From a virus (taxonomy: Duplodnaviria > Caudoviricetes), in IMG/VR virus record IMGVR_UViG_2728369355_000004: 64,000 bases of DNA; one strand, written 5' to 3'. A program made the position numbers and the translations under genes. Below are positions 17,379 through 27,015 of this stretch, piece by piece. Numbering within the stretch: the stretch's first letter is position 1; each line of letters begins with the position of its first letter. The notes beneath the pieces are model-generated. The model saw only the letters and a program-made list of their open reading frames with translations, did no database searches and was not told the DNA's origin.

Positions 17379-18756
17379 CAGCTATCCACACCCTTTCAAT
17401 AAATTCTAAATATGCTGCCTTGGTTTCGGATACTGCATAAGCTCGATAACGCTCAAACAACACCATACATTTTATAAAATAAGTCTCATTATTTAGTGTA
17501 TGATAACTTACCATTGAATACATCAAGTATTTGAAGCCATCGTCGTATGTACCTCGATATAAATGATAATAAGCTAATTCATAACTCAAACGTGCATACT
17601 GTTCTGGTATAACTTGTTTCGTATATATGTCATTAGATTGCGGAAATTGCAAAAGTGAATTAACATCCGTTTCAAAACGCTGAAGTATATCACTTACGTC
17701 TATCTGGTATCGGTTTGCCGTCATCATAATGTTCAACAGTTGGGCAACTTTATCTTGTTCAGATGTATCTGATGGTGCACCAATGTATTCAACATAATCA
17801 TATAAGGCGTTTATATCTCCAGATAAAAGCTTATTTGCGACAGCGTTAGCTTGCGCCCAACCTTTGAATAAATTAATCCAATATAGTGTATCCTCGTCCA
17901 TCTCTCTAACCCACTCTAAATCCGCATAGGCGTATGTATATTGTAGAGCTTGCTGATAATCGCCTTTGGCTTCACAGACACCTGCACACAGCAGGTCAGC
18001 ATAAGAAATGTACACAAACAGAGGACGCGTTAGCTTGTTAGTAGATTCACATTCCCGACTCTTGTGTTCGTGTTTCAAATTATATTGAATTTCCGCTTTA
18101 GCTCTCATTAATTTAGCTATTTCGTCAACCTTGTCCCATTTACGCAAAGACCTGTACACATTAGCCAAATCCTTTAACGCATCAAGTTGTTCTAAATCAT
18201 CTAGGCGCTCGACATAAGGCTCAAATAGTATAGCTGCCTTGTGATTGCGGCTTTGATCGTCTCCAACTTGAATCGTAAATATACGATATTGACAGACTGC
18301 CAATCGTTCTGAATGTTGATATTTCTCCGCTTCAGCTACCCCCTCATAGAGCAGCAATGCAGCCGCATGTCGTTCCTGCGACAACAATTCTTCTGCAATG
18401 TCAAATAGTTTGGGCGAATACAGTAGATTGTCCATGATAGCTCCCACCACTCGACGGATCGCATCCAACTTGTCCAAGTCCGCACAGCGAAACAAAAATG
18501 GCTCGATTCGCCTCATATTTGGAGGATGTTCGATGATGTAATTTTCCACGAACAAGTCGTAAAAATGGCCTTCTGGCAAACCCATAGCCTCAGTAATTCG
18601 ATCCAGTTGTTTAATAGACAAAGGCTTATTTCCTGTTACAATAGCACTTACTGCTCCCCTATTCATATCCGCAATATGACCAAATTGTGTTAAACTCAAT
18701 CCTTCTTGTTGTAGGTATCTGTCTAATTCTGCTCTAATCGTAGGTGTATGCTTCAT
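17341..18756 (-). CDS. aloR: RRNPP-family receptor (XRE HTH plus TPR), AloR-like
   Basis: N-terminal HTH (LSLTQFGHIADMNRGAVSAIV) and helical TPR-like body, 471 aa; adjacent propeptide. Confidence 0.8.
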   Translation of the reverse strand: MKHTPTIRAELDRYLQQEGLSLTQFGHIADMNRGAVSAIVTGNKPLSIKQLDRITEAMGLPEGHFYDLFVENYIIEHPPNMRRIEPFLFRCADLDKLDAIRRVVGAIMDNLLYSPKLFDIAEELLSQERHAAALLLYEGVAEAEKYQHSERLAVCQYRIFTIQVGDDQSRNHKAAILFEPYVERLDDLEQLDALKDLANVYRSLRKWDKVDEIAKLMRAKAEIQYNLKHEHKSRECESTNKLTRPLFVYISYADLLCAGVCEAKGDYQQALQYTYAYADLEWVREMDEDTLYWINLFKGWAQANAVANKLLSGDINALYDYVEYIGAPSDTSEQDKVAQLLNIMMTANRYQIDVSDILQRFETDVNSLLQFPQSNDIYTKQVIPEQYARLSYELAYYHLYRGTYDDGFKYLMYSMVSYHTLNNETYFIKCMVLFERYRAYAVSETKAAYLEFIERVWIADVKKNGAIDCRS

Positions 18757-18996
18757 ATCATATCCACCTTCCACACAGAAATTCCAAAACTTTTTATTAT
18801 TGCATTCTATTGTTGTCCATAATTTAGCAGTTGTCAATAAGTTTTGAAATATATGTCATGCAATACTTAAATGAAATATGTATTTTCGAATATTAATGGT
18901 TTGTTACCATTTTGTTAATAATAATGTACATTTTATTCCTTTTTCTGTGGTATGATTGGTTAGTAGTACAAATTATACCATTCGAGAGGACGGTTT

Positions 18997-19458
18997 TTGA
19001 TGAACTTTAAAAACACAGCAATTATCCTTACAAGTGCTTTGGCTCTAATGGCAGTAGCTCCTGTAGCTGCTTCTGCCGCACCAGTTACGGGGGTTACATT
19101 CTCGAAGGATCACGGAGGTATAGTTATCCAAAAAACTGGTCCAGAGACACATGAGGTTCTTGGTGGGACAAGTCCGTTGATGGAATTTACTGTTGAAAAA
19201 GGTTATGGGCACGTAAGTATTAAAGTGAAGAATACAGGGACATCAACAATTACGTGGAGCTTGGTGCATAAAGATTCTGGGAGACAGTACATTACAAAGA
19301 CCGTAGGCAAAAGAGACACATTACCATGGGATAGTCTCAATTCATTCCCAAATGGAATGCCTTCAGGAAAATACGAAGTTCAATTCAGAGCCAACGGAGA
19401 CAGAGTTGAAGGCGAAGCTTGGGCTATTACTGGTCAGTACCCATCAGACATTAGCTAA
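18997..19458 (+). CDS. secreted hypothetical protein, divergent from aloR
   Basis: Signal peptide ending AASA; RBS GAGAGG. Confidence 0.7.
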   Translation: MMNFKNTAIILTSALALMAVAPVAASAAPVTGVTFSKDHGGIVIQKTGPETHEVLGGTSPLMEFTVEKGYGHVSIKVKNTGTSTITWSLVHKDSGRQYITKTVGKRDTLPWDSLNSFPNGMPSGKYEVQFRANGDRVEGEAWAITGQYPSDIS

Positions 19459-19723
19459 CCGTTACTACAAACAGGGGAGCGTCTTGGAATTAAATCCAAG
19501 GCGCTTTAATACATATGTACAAAAATCAAGTTACGTTGCTGGATTTTTATCACTTCTTTTTGCCCAAATTCCGGGTGGGCAAGGTCCTGCACTTGGGGCT
19601 GCAATTATTGGATCAGGAGCAGGAGTGCTTGCACAACTCCTTAAAGCCAAAGACAAGGGAAAAGGAATTACAGTTAACCTGATGTGGACTGGTTACTCCA
19701 TTTCAACTAATTACAACTAATTA

Positions 19724-20047
19724 TTGATTGTCTTTCTTAAACAGCCCCTTGGCGGCAAGGAAAGCTACATAATAGTAAAGGGAGCTGATATTATCTATAA
19801 TTCATTTACCTCAATATTTTTTGTTGTATTGACCGCAATTTCCCTTATAACGCTTCCAAAATTGGAAGCGAGGGTAAGTAAAAGTACAATGTTAAAAGTG
19901 AGAGTTGCAATAACAGTAATAACCCTGCTTATAGGAGTCATTCTCTATATAATTGACCCTCAGTGGTGGATCATTGTTGCTTTTGCATTGTATTTCTGTA
20001 TACTTCCGATAATTTTGAAATGGCGTAGAAAATCACGTCGACCTTAG
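19724..20047 (+). CDS. small 3-TM membrane protein (start uncertain)
   Basis: Three hydrophobic segments and a basic C-terminus. Confidence 0.5.
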   Translation: MIVFLKQPLGGKESYIIVKGADIIYNSFTSIFFVVLTAISLITLPKLEARVSKSTMLKVRVAITVITLLIGVILYIIDPQWWIIVAFALYFCILPIILKWRRKSRRP

Positions 20048-20179
20048 TATATACCTACTATTTATTTATGAGTTGCCATACTCAGCGTCAAAACAAAGCC
20101 TTCCTTTAACGGAGGGCTTTTGTAATACATATCAACACAAAAAATACCCTACCAGCTAAATGCCAGTAGGGTATTTGCT

Positions 20180-20521
20180 TTATACAGATTTAATTTTATT
20201 TGGGTTAAATTCTTCCCATGCTTTTTGGACAGCCGCTTCGACCTCTTCCGGCTTGATAGATACGCCGATCTGATCCATCTTGACAGTCAGGTACTTAACA
20301 GCTTCGTGAAATTTTTCTGCACCAGCTCCAGCATAATTACGCTCTACCCATGAATAGGCGTCTTGGGCCAGTTGTCCAATTCTGTTGCGCTGCTCGATGC
20401 TGAAACGTGCTTCATAAATTGGCTTAACTTTGCGATACAAGGAGGCCGCCAGTATAAGCATACCAAGCGTACCAAGTCCAATCAGTGACAGCGTAATATT
20501 TGTGATATATTGTTCGATCAT
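20180..20521 (-). CDS. holin, LL-H-like
   Basis: One N-terminal TM; VE...GAEKFHEAVKYL...EAAV pattern; follows the endolysin. Confidence 0.7.
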   Translation of the reverse strand: MIEQYITNITLSLIGLGTLGMLILAASLYRKVKPIYEARFSIEQRNRIGQLAQDAYSWVERNYAGAGAEKFHEAVKYLTVKMDQIGVSIKPEEVEAAVQKAWEEFNPNKIKSV

Positions 20522-20523
20522 AG

Positions 20524-21354
20524 TTATTTATCCCCCTTGAGAATGTTTTGGCGTAGACGACTTAGAGCAGCAGCCGCTTCTTCTCGTGTGATTGGAGCGC
20601 CGGGACGCGTTCCATCAAAGTAACCATTCTTGGTCATTTCCTCCCATACATCTGCTGCCCACGGGCTAACCTTGTTAATGTCTCTCTGCTTTTCTGTCAC
20701 TGTATTTTCCCCCTTCTTGTTGAACCGCGTCCGCAATTCGTCCGCCGTACCGTCAAACTCATTCAGATCCACATTTCCAGCGATGCCCTTAATCTTACCG
20801 CTATCGCTGTACTGCCAAATATCCCAACGTTTCCACGTCGCTGTGTCGCTCGGGACGCGAGTATCACTGTACCGGGCTATCCAAAGCTTGTACCCACCCA
20901 ATGAGGCGTTAAAGTTAGCAGCAAAGGCATTACCTGTATAGATAATAGGCTTTCGTCCAGTGAGGCGTTCCAGCTCTAAGAGAAAGGCCAACGCTACCGC
21001 GCTAATGAGCGTTTTGGATAGATTGCCGGGATTGTTTTCATAATCCATCACTGCTGGAAGGTCCAGCGCTTTTGCGCCGCCAATCTGCTCCAGCACTTCA
21101 GCGAAATGCCTTGCTTCCGCTTTTGCAGCTTCAACGCTGGTTGCATCGACAAAATGGTATGCTCCCAGTAACACCCCGGCAGCCCTGGCCCCTTTTGCAT
21201 TCGTAATAAATGTCGGATCGACATAACGTTGCCCCTGGCTGGCCTTAATGAAGGCAAATGAAATTCCGTCCGCTTTGACCACCTTCCAATCAATATTGCC
21301 CTGATAGCGAGAGACGTCTATCCCCTGCGCGTTACCTTTTTTCCTTGTCTGCAT
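20524..21354 (-). CDS. endolysin, GH25 muramidase with SLH-like C-terminus
   Basis: GIDVSRYQG, FIKASQG, GAYHF, MDYE, WQYS...VDLNEF; DGTRPGAPITREE. Confidence 0.92.
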   Translation of the reverse strand: MQTRKKGNAQGIDVSRYQGNIDWKVVKADGISFAFIKASQGQRYVDPTFITNAKGARAAGVLLGAYHFVDATSVEAAKAEARHFAEVLEQIGGAKALDLPAVMDYENNPGNLSKTLISAVALAFLLELERLTGRKPIIYTGNAFAANFNASLGGYKLWIARYSDTRVPSDTATWKRWDIWQYSDSGKIKGIAGNVDLNEFDGTADELRTRFNKKGENTVTEKQRDINKVSPWAADVWEEMTKNGYFDGTRPGAPITREEAAAALSRLRQNILKGDK

Positions 21355-21787
21355 TTTCCCCGTCACCTTCCTTTTCTCCGCTTTTACTCTTTAAAACTTC
21401 CACAGCCTGCCGAATGATCGACGGGACTGGCGCACCAAGCCTGCCGCCATTTTCAACTATCGAAAGCAGCTCATTTGCCATATAAAAATAGGCAACCGCA
21501 TCCCGGAATAGGTGCGAATCGCCTAAGACTCCATCAATTAGATGGGATACAGCAACCATTGCAAAAATAAAAACCTTTCGGGCAATACCGATCAGGCCGA
21601 TCTTACTTTTCAAGCCGGGTCCGGTTCCCTTCTTACCCTCGGCTCCCGCCGCGAACAGCCCTGTCACATAATCAATAATGACCAGTGCAAGCAACACCCC
21701 CAATACTCCCGACCACCCACCGTAAAAATACGTCACAGCGCTGCTCCCTAAAGCAGTGCTGAACTTAAAAACCTCCCACTTATCCAC
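21332..21787 (-). CDS. phage holin (toxin secretion/lysis holin family)
   Basis: IDYVTG...GIARK...NELLSIVEN.GRLG.PVP. Confidence 0.9.
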   Translation of the reverse strand: MDKWEVFKFSTALGSSAVTYFYGGWSGVLGVLLALVIIDYVTGLFAAGAEGKKGTGPGLKSKIGLIGIARKVFIFAMVAVSHLIDGVLGDSHLFRDAVAYFYMANELLSIVENGGRLGAPVPSIIRQAVEVLKSKSGEKEGDGENADKEKR

Positions 21788-21809
21788 CTTGCTTCCCCCG
21801 TCTCTTTGT

Positions 21810-21827
21810 TCAGGAAACTTTTCCTGA
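21810..21827. promoter_or_regulatory. 18-bp palindrome TCAGGAAA-NN-TTTCCTGA, copy 1 (before holin)
   Basis: Perfect copy 23 bp upstream of the holin GTG; other copies at 38272, 47048 and 55576. Confidence 0.7.
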
Positions 21828-22040
21828 GCTATCATCGTCTGTTTTCTGATCCTTTTCCTCTTGGGCCTGTATCTCTGCTAATGCATTTCCTACTGCTATA
21901 TCTAATCCCTCAAGTATTTCTTTACGTTTATGTGGTTGTGAAGCAATTACAGCAGAAATGACCTCAGTCAAATCCTCAACAGGTCTGGTTAGATCCAGTT
22001 GTATATCCAATGTAGATTTTATTTTTGCCACGGGTTTCAT
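21810..22040 (-). CDS. hypothetical protein
   Basis: RBS GGGAGGTG before MKPVAK. Confidence 0.65.
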   Translation of the reverse strand: MKPVAKIKSTLDIQLDLTRPVEDLTEVISAVIASQPHKRKEILEGLDIAVGNALAEIQAQEEKDQKTDDDSSGKVS

Positions 22041-22071
22041 CACCTCCCTCAGACACAAAAAAAAGACACCT

Positions 22072-22785
22072 TTAGTTTGCAGATGCCTTTGATTGCTCCT
22101 TATTATAAATTTTCAAAAGCCATTCACGACCTAACTGTGTAAATCTACGGTGATATATCACTTTTCCGTTATCAAGAACTTCTTGTTTGATTTCAACATA
22201 GCCGCAATCCGCAAATCTGCTATACAACAACCATGTGTCATTCTGCCTGAATTGAATCTTTCGATTGCCTAAATCATGGTTAAGAGCAATTGCTGACTTA
22301 AATCCGAGTTCTTTGGCAATCTCTGTGGCAGTATAGGTTTTGTTAACATGCATTAGGATTGCATTTGTTCTTTCCGCCTGTACTCTGGCAGCACGTTCTT
22401 CCTTGAGCTTAGTCAACAGTTCAATTCCAAAGTCAGGATTATTGAGGATATTGTCAATCACATTATCCGTAGCATATATTCCATGCTTCCTGATCGACGG
22501 CAATATTTCATCAGCTACCTTGGCCTGAAATGCTTCGGCTACTTCGTTTCTTGCCTTCATTGCCAGTCGATAAAAGATGTTTTCAGGAATAAAAGTATCT
22601 TTCGACACTTCTGTCGAAAACTTCAAATCCGATATATACTGCCTCACTCTATCCCATTTGACATACTCTGCACTTTTGGATTTGTCTGTAAATCCTAATC
22701 CGCGAGCCACATCCTCCAAATTCAATTGCGGCGTGCCGTTTCCATCAATAAATCCTCTTACTCCGTGAATTGTAAGTATATCCAT
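22072..22785 (-). CDS. phage antirepressor (Bro-N plus KilAC)
   Basis: LEDVARGLGF...FIPENIFYRLAMKA...EILPSIRKHG; KilAC YTATEIAKELG...FTQLGREWL. Confidence 0.85.
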   Translation of the reverse strand: MDILTIHGVRGFIDGNGTPQLNLEDVARGLGFTDKSKSAEYVKWDRVRQYISDLKFSTEVSKDTFIPENIFYRLAMKARNEVAEAFQAKVADEILPSIRKHGIYATDNVIDNILNNPDFGIELLTKLKEERAARVQAERTNAILMHVNKTYTATEIAKELGFKSAIALNHDLGNRKIQFRQNDTWLLYSRFADCGYVEIKQEVLDNGKVIYHRRFTQLGREWLLKIYNKEQSKASAN

Positions 22786-22938
22786 TACGATCTCACCTTT
22801 CTTTGTACGCAAAATAAGCCCCTGAGTTATCAGAGGCTTTCATACTTGTATCTTAAATTGATTTTGTTACTATAACGCTGCGGATTTTAAAGAGAAATAT
22901 TGTTCAGTGAATATAAAGTTGTAGACTGATATTGACGT

Positions 22939-22967
22939 CATTAAGTTAACGGGCAGAAATGTTCAAT
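22939..22967 (+). repeat. cassette-boundary motif upstream of tyrosinase
   Basis: CATTAAGTTAACGGGCAGA, 18/19 identical to the reverse complement of 59569-59587. Confidence 0.7.
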
Positions 22968-23169
22968 CATTTACGTTTTACATGTACCCGGATAAATGAA
23001 CAAGTTGTCAGACAGCAAGAACACAGGCGAAATGTACCCGAGTAGAACGCGGATACATACCTATTAATTTGGAAGTGTTAAAGTTTTTTCTAACATGCAT
23101 AAATTATCCAACCATGTCGCATAACAATCTCATACATTATTTTATTACAAAGAAGGGGGTTAATCTTCA

Positions 23170-24324
23170 ATGCATACAAGAAAAGAGATAAGATCGCTAT
23201 CACCGGAGGAACTCCTTGCGTTTCGAAGGGCTATGATTGAATTGCAGCGGCGTGATGGAACGAATAGTTACATCGATCTTGCAGGATACCATTGGATACC
23301 ACGAGAATTTTGTCCGCATGGGGAATCTATTTTCCTTCCGTGGCATAGGGTCTATATCCGCTTATTTGAACAAGCACTACAATCAATCGACCCTTCTGTT
23401 TCTTTGCCTTTTTGGGATTGGACCTCAAGCGAATCGTTAGCTCAAGGCTTGGCTCCTGCACATGGCGATGAAATGTTCGATGACGGCGGAGTACCCCGAC
23501 TGAATCCTCTCTTCTCCGGTCCAATAGAGGATCGGAGTCGTCAGACTCGCCGAAATCCTCCGCAAGCTCTCAGACGTTTAAGGGAACACGCCAGCGCAGC
23601 AATTGATGCAATGAGTGATTCAAATGATTTTATGAGTTTTACTGTTGCAATCGAGGGGCCACATGGGGACATACACGGTTGGGTTGGTGGGCCCGGTGGA
23701 GATATGTCAACAATTCTACGTTCTGCATACGACCCAATATTCTGGTCTCACCATGCTAACGTTGATCGACAGTGGGCTATTTGGCAAAAGTGTAACCCAC
23801 AGGGAAATCCTCCACCTGAGATAATGTCATTATCATTGGAATCCCGCGGTTTTCCGGGGTGGTCTGTGGCTGATACGCTTGATCTCTCGTCACCACGACT
23901 TGATTATACGTATGAAGGACTAGATACAGTTACTTGTCCTATACGGACTTTACATGAATTATTTGGTAAACCTCGAATTAAAGTGGAAATTAAAAATATA
24001 GTTATTACCAGGGGTTCCTTTATTGTTGATATCTACCTCCGTAGGAAGAACTCTGCTCTGGAGGAGGGCGTTTTCAGTGGATCGTTTAGCATTTTCGGGC
24101 TCCCAAGCAACGAAGGGGGACATTTTCCCGGCCATCATCATCACCATACGCCCGTAAACAGGCTTATTGATGTTACGGAAGCTTTTTACGGCATGGAACT
24201 TGGCGAGGATCAATTGCATTATGTTGATATACAACTTCAGGCAGTTAATATGGATGGTGAATCCGTAGATCCTGCTGCTCTCCCGATTGAAGGGGTAGAA
24301 CTAACAATCCCCGATAGGTCATGA
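23170..24324 (+). CDS. tyrosinase (type-3 copper), moron on the opposite strand
   Basis: CuA H...CPHG..FLPWHR and CuB EGPHGDIH...AYDPIFWSHHANVDR. Confidence 0.92.
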   Translation: MHTRKEIRSLSPEELLAFRRAMIELQRRDGTNSYIDLAGYHWIPREFCPHGESIFLPWHRVYIRLFEQALQSIDPSVSLPFWDWTSSESLAQGLAPAHGDEMFDDGGVPRLNPLFSGPIEDRSRQTRRNPPQALRRLREHASAAIDAMSDSNDFMSFTVAIEGPHGDIHGWVGGPGGDMSTILRSAYDPIFWSHHANVDRQWAIWQKCNPQGNPPPEIMSLSLESRGFPGWSVADTLDLSSPRLDYTYEGLDTVTCPIRTLHELFGKPRIKVEIKNIVITRGSFIVDIYLRRKNSALEEGVFSGSFSIFGLPSNEGGHFPGHHHHHTPVNRLIDVTEAFYGMELGEDQLHYVDIQLQAVNMDGESVDPAALPIEGVELTIPDRS

Positions 24325-24427
24325 TAAGGGTTTAAATCGTTGGTATTTGAATACTAGCGTGCCTTGAAAAGAGAACTTTGTATTAGTAAGTGTTATTGCT
24401 AAGATTTCTAGTGGGTAATCGACGATA

Positions 24428-24489
24428 TAGTTCAATAGAACCTCGGCAGTCTAGGATTTTATTTTCTCGGCCTTGGCTGCCGTTGTTTC
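24428..24489 (+). repeat. cassette-boundary TAGTTCAAT plus hairpin downstream of tyrosinase
   Basis: Aligns with the reverse complement of 58308-58367, with compensatory stem changes. Confidence 0.7.
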
Positions 24490-25084
24490 TATTATTGAGT
24501 GCAGTCTAATACTATTTCACCTTGAAATTCACGATTTGCTAGAGTGCAACTTGACCGATACGGATTTTCCGTATTGCTAATAATCCACCATACGCAAATT
24601 GAGGATGGTTCAATATCTAACCGTCTTGATGTTCAAGATTAACTCGGCTGAAAATTCAGCCCAGTTCAACTCAATTTTGAGGCGATTAAAAGGACTCCTA
24701 AAATTTCAGGAGTCCTGATTTACTGACCCCAAAAATGGGGTGAGTGTGTTTACCTTAATTCGATAAGACCGTCTAGTGTAGTAATAAATTCCTTGAAGGA
24801 TACATCATTTAGTTCAGCAAGTTTAACTCAAGATATTGATCAGGTGAAGAATTTAATATAAAGTCCATTATCTCTTCTTCTATTATGTTTGCCTCCAGAA
24901 AAATGGGGCATACACCTCTAACAGAATCTAGGCAACAAGATAAATAATTTTGACTATAAATTATACTATTGTATAATTGTCTATGATTAGGTTAGAGGGT
25001 ATAACCCTTGAATAAGGTCACCTTACTCCGGCCAAGAAGACAGGTGACAACTTTGTTGGGAGTCGCTTTGTTAAGCGGCTCTTT

Positions 25085-25729
25085 TTAATTTGCATGTTTA
25101 TTTCTCGGGTGATCACCTAGATACTTATCATAGATAGTTCTAGAGACTGCAATGTCTAACTTGAACTTGTCCGACATTGTCATCAGGTTAACAGCATCTT
25201 CTAAAACAGCTTGTCTTTCTACAAGCATCTCGGGTGTCATTTGGTCTTTCTTGATCATCTTGGGGTGACCATGCATAGAAGAAATTGCTTTGTTTGCAAT
25301 GGTATTAGCTTTAATAAAGTCAACTCTTACTGGTTGTCTTAATCCACTGCAAAGTTTACCCATGGCTTCTTTTTGATGATCTTTATCTAACATACGAAAG
25401 ATTTGGAAACCTTCAAGTCCAGTAGACTGGCGAAGCTGCTTGATTATGTCGAAAACCCAATCTTGGAAAGCCTCAGCTTCTTTACGGCGTGATCTCATAA
25501 TCATTCGGTAGACTGCTTTTTCAGAGATAATCGCAACTTCTTGCTTTCCCCCGAGGGTGTCGGTTAAAGCTACATCCTTTTGAGTATCAGGCAAGCGACC
25601 TACCGCATCACGATTGTTTCTTATGCCGAGTACCCTAGTGACATCCACGGCTACTGCCCACCAATCACCTAGTGTCTTCTCTACAAAACGAATTTCGTGT
25701 CCCATCCAATTCTCAATACGAATATTCAT
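25085..25729 (-). CDS. Bro-N domain protein (antirepressor-like)
   Basis: WWAVAVDV..VLG...TLGGKQE..IISE..VY...SRRKEAEAFQDWV. Confidence 0.85.
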   Translation of the reverse strand: MNIRIENWMGHEIRFVEKTLGDWWAVAVDVTRVLGIRNNRDAVGRLPDTQKDVALTDTLGGKQEVAIISEKAVYRMIMRSRRKEAEAFQDWVFDIIKQLRQSTGLEGFQIFRMLDKDHQKEAMGKLCSGLRQPVRVDFIKANTIANKAISSMHGHPKMIKKDQMTPEMLVERQAVLEDAVNLMTMSDKFKLDIAVSRTIYDKYLGDHPRNKHAN

Positions 25730-25927
25730 ATTATTCCTCCTTTTTGGTGATACTTAAAATAGTGTACTAGGCTATAGTTAAAGTTAGATTTTTTATTTTT
25801 ACCGATAGGTTTAGATAACCTTTTATTATAATTATATCCGTTTATCTAAGATGCCTACATTGTTTTTCTTATTTCTTTCCTTCTTGTCTTTTAATCCCGA
25901 TATGGATTAGTATTAGACTTATAAGGA

Positions 25928-26134
25928 TTAAACTGCTTCGGAAAATAGATCATCTAAAGAGTTCACTTTAAAGATAACTTTCAGCTTCTTTGCCATGCCA
26001 ACATTAATGTTCTCTGGATTTCTCTCTAGACGCCCATAGTACGCTTGAGATATCCCTAATTCCTTGGCAACATCTTCTTGAGACATGATGTTGGTTAATC
26101 TGTAGTATGCTAACTTGTTAATTGGCTTTCTCAT
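25928..26134 (-). CDS. Cro-like XRE regulator
   Basis: MSQEDVAKELGISQAYYGRLERN HTH. Confidence 0.85.
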   Translation of the reverse strand: MRKPINKLAYYRLTNIMSQEDVAKELGISQAYYGRLERNPENINVGMAKKLKVIFKVNSLDDLFSEAV

Positions 26135-26217
26135 TTTCCCACCCCTTTAGTACTTAATGGTCTAAATAAATTCCATTGCAGTCTTAATATATGCTTGTTA
26201 TAGTCTAATGTCAATAC

Positions 26218-26799
26218 TTGGAGGTATTCATTTTGGAAGTTTTTTCTGCGCGCCTCAAATGGCTAAGAGAATCAAAGGGTTTTAGCCAGCAAGAAATGGC
26301 TGATATGCTAGATCTCTCGCAGTCCTATTACGGAAGATTCGAAAGAAATAAAGGCGAACCCAATCTAGAAACACTCGCAAAGATTTCTTCTATTCTTAAA
26401 GAAAGTGTAGATTTCTTACTAGGACTTGAAGAATTGACAATAGAAGCTAAAGAGTTACTTGAGAGATCTTTAGAACTAGCAGAATCAATTAAATCCACTA
26501 ATGACAGCGTGATAAGAATGTTTGAAAATAACATGTCGGCAGCCATTGAAAGTCTTGATCCAAGATTACAGAAAGCTCTTCTTAAGAATTACCAGAAGGA
26601 CTTATCTCTTTACAAAGCAAAATATAAAAAGGCAGCAACTGAATTTGCATTAATGGTAGTTAAAATTCCTTTCTCTAAGTTTTATGGAGAAGGATTAATT
26701 GATGATGAAGGTAATATTCTTTATAATCCAGAAATAGATAAAGATAATATTCTTCATGAATCAGAAAAAATAGTAGATGAGTATCTAGAATTAGATTAA
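26218..26799 (+). CDS. CI-like XRE regulator, divergent (start may be TTG at 26233)
   Basis: RLKWLRESKGFSQQEMADMLDLSQSYYGRFERN...SVDFLLG. Confidence 0.85.
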   Translation: MEVFILEVFSARLKWLRESKGFSQQEMADMLDLSQSYYGRFERNKGEPNLETLAKISSILKESVDFLLGLEELTIEAKELLERSLELAESIKSTNDSVIRMFENNMSAAIESLDPRLQKALLKNYQKDLSLYKAKYKKAATEFALMVVKIPFSKFYGEGLIDDEGNILYNPEIDKDNILHESEKIVDEYLELD

Positions 26800-27015
26800 C
26801 TAGTTTCTTGAACTACTTAATTAATTAGTTAGATAGAATAAGAACAAAAAGGACTCCTAAAACTTAGGGAGTCCTTTTTGTTCTTATTCTATTTGAGCGA
26901 TTTCTAAACAACTACTTTTCTAGTTCAGCTTTTTGCTTTTCATTTCATTCCACGAACTCATGTGGAGTGCGACTTTTAATTTGAGCAATACTGTCTTATT
27001 CCTTTTTTTCATGAG

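Noticed and set aside
17341-18756. Arbitrium AimR/AimP assignment
   Set aside because: The N-terminal XRE, 471-aa length and GGA-ending peptide fit the Paenibacillus AloR/AloP type better; AimP-type xxxRGA repeats are absent
22601-22618. Inverted Spo0A boxes TTCGACA-cttc-TGTCGAA
   Set aside because: Inside the antirepressor CDS (FSTEVSK), where internal palindromes are typical of this family; not a promoter position
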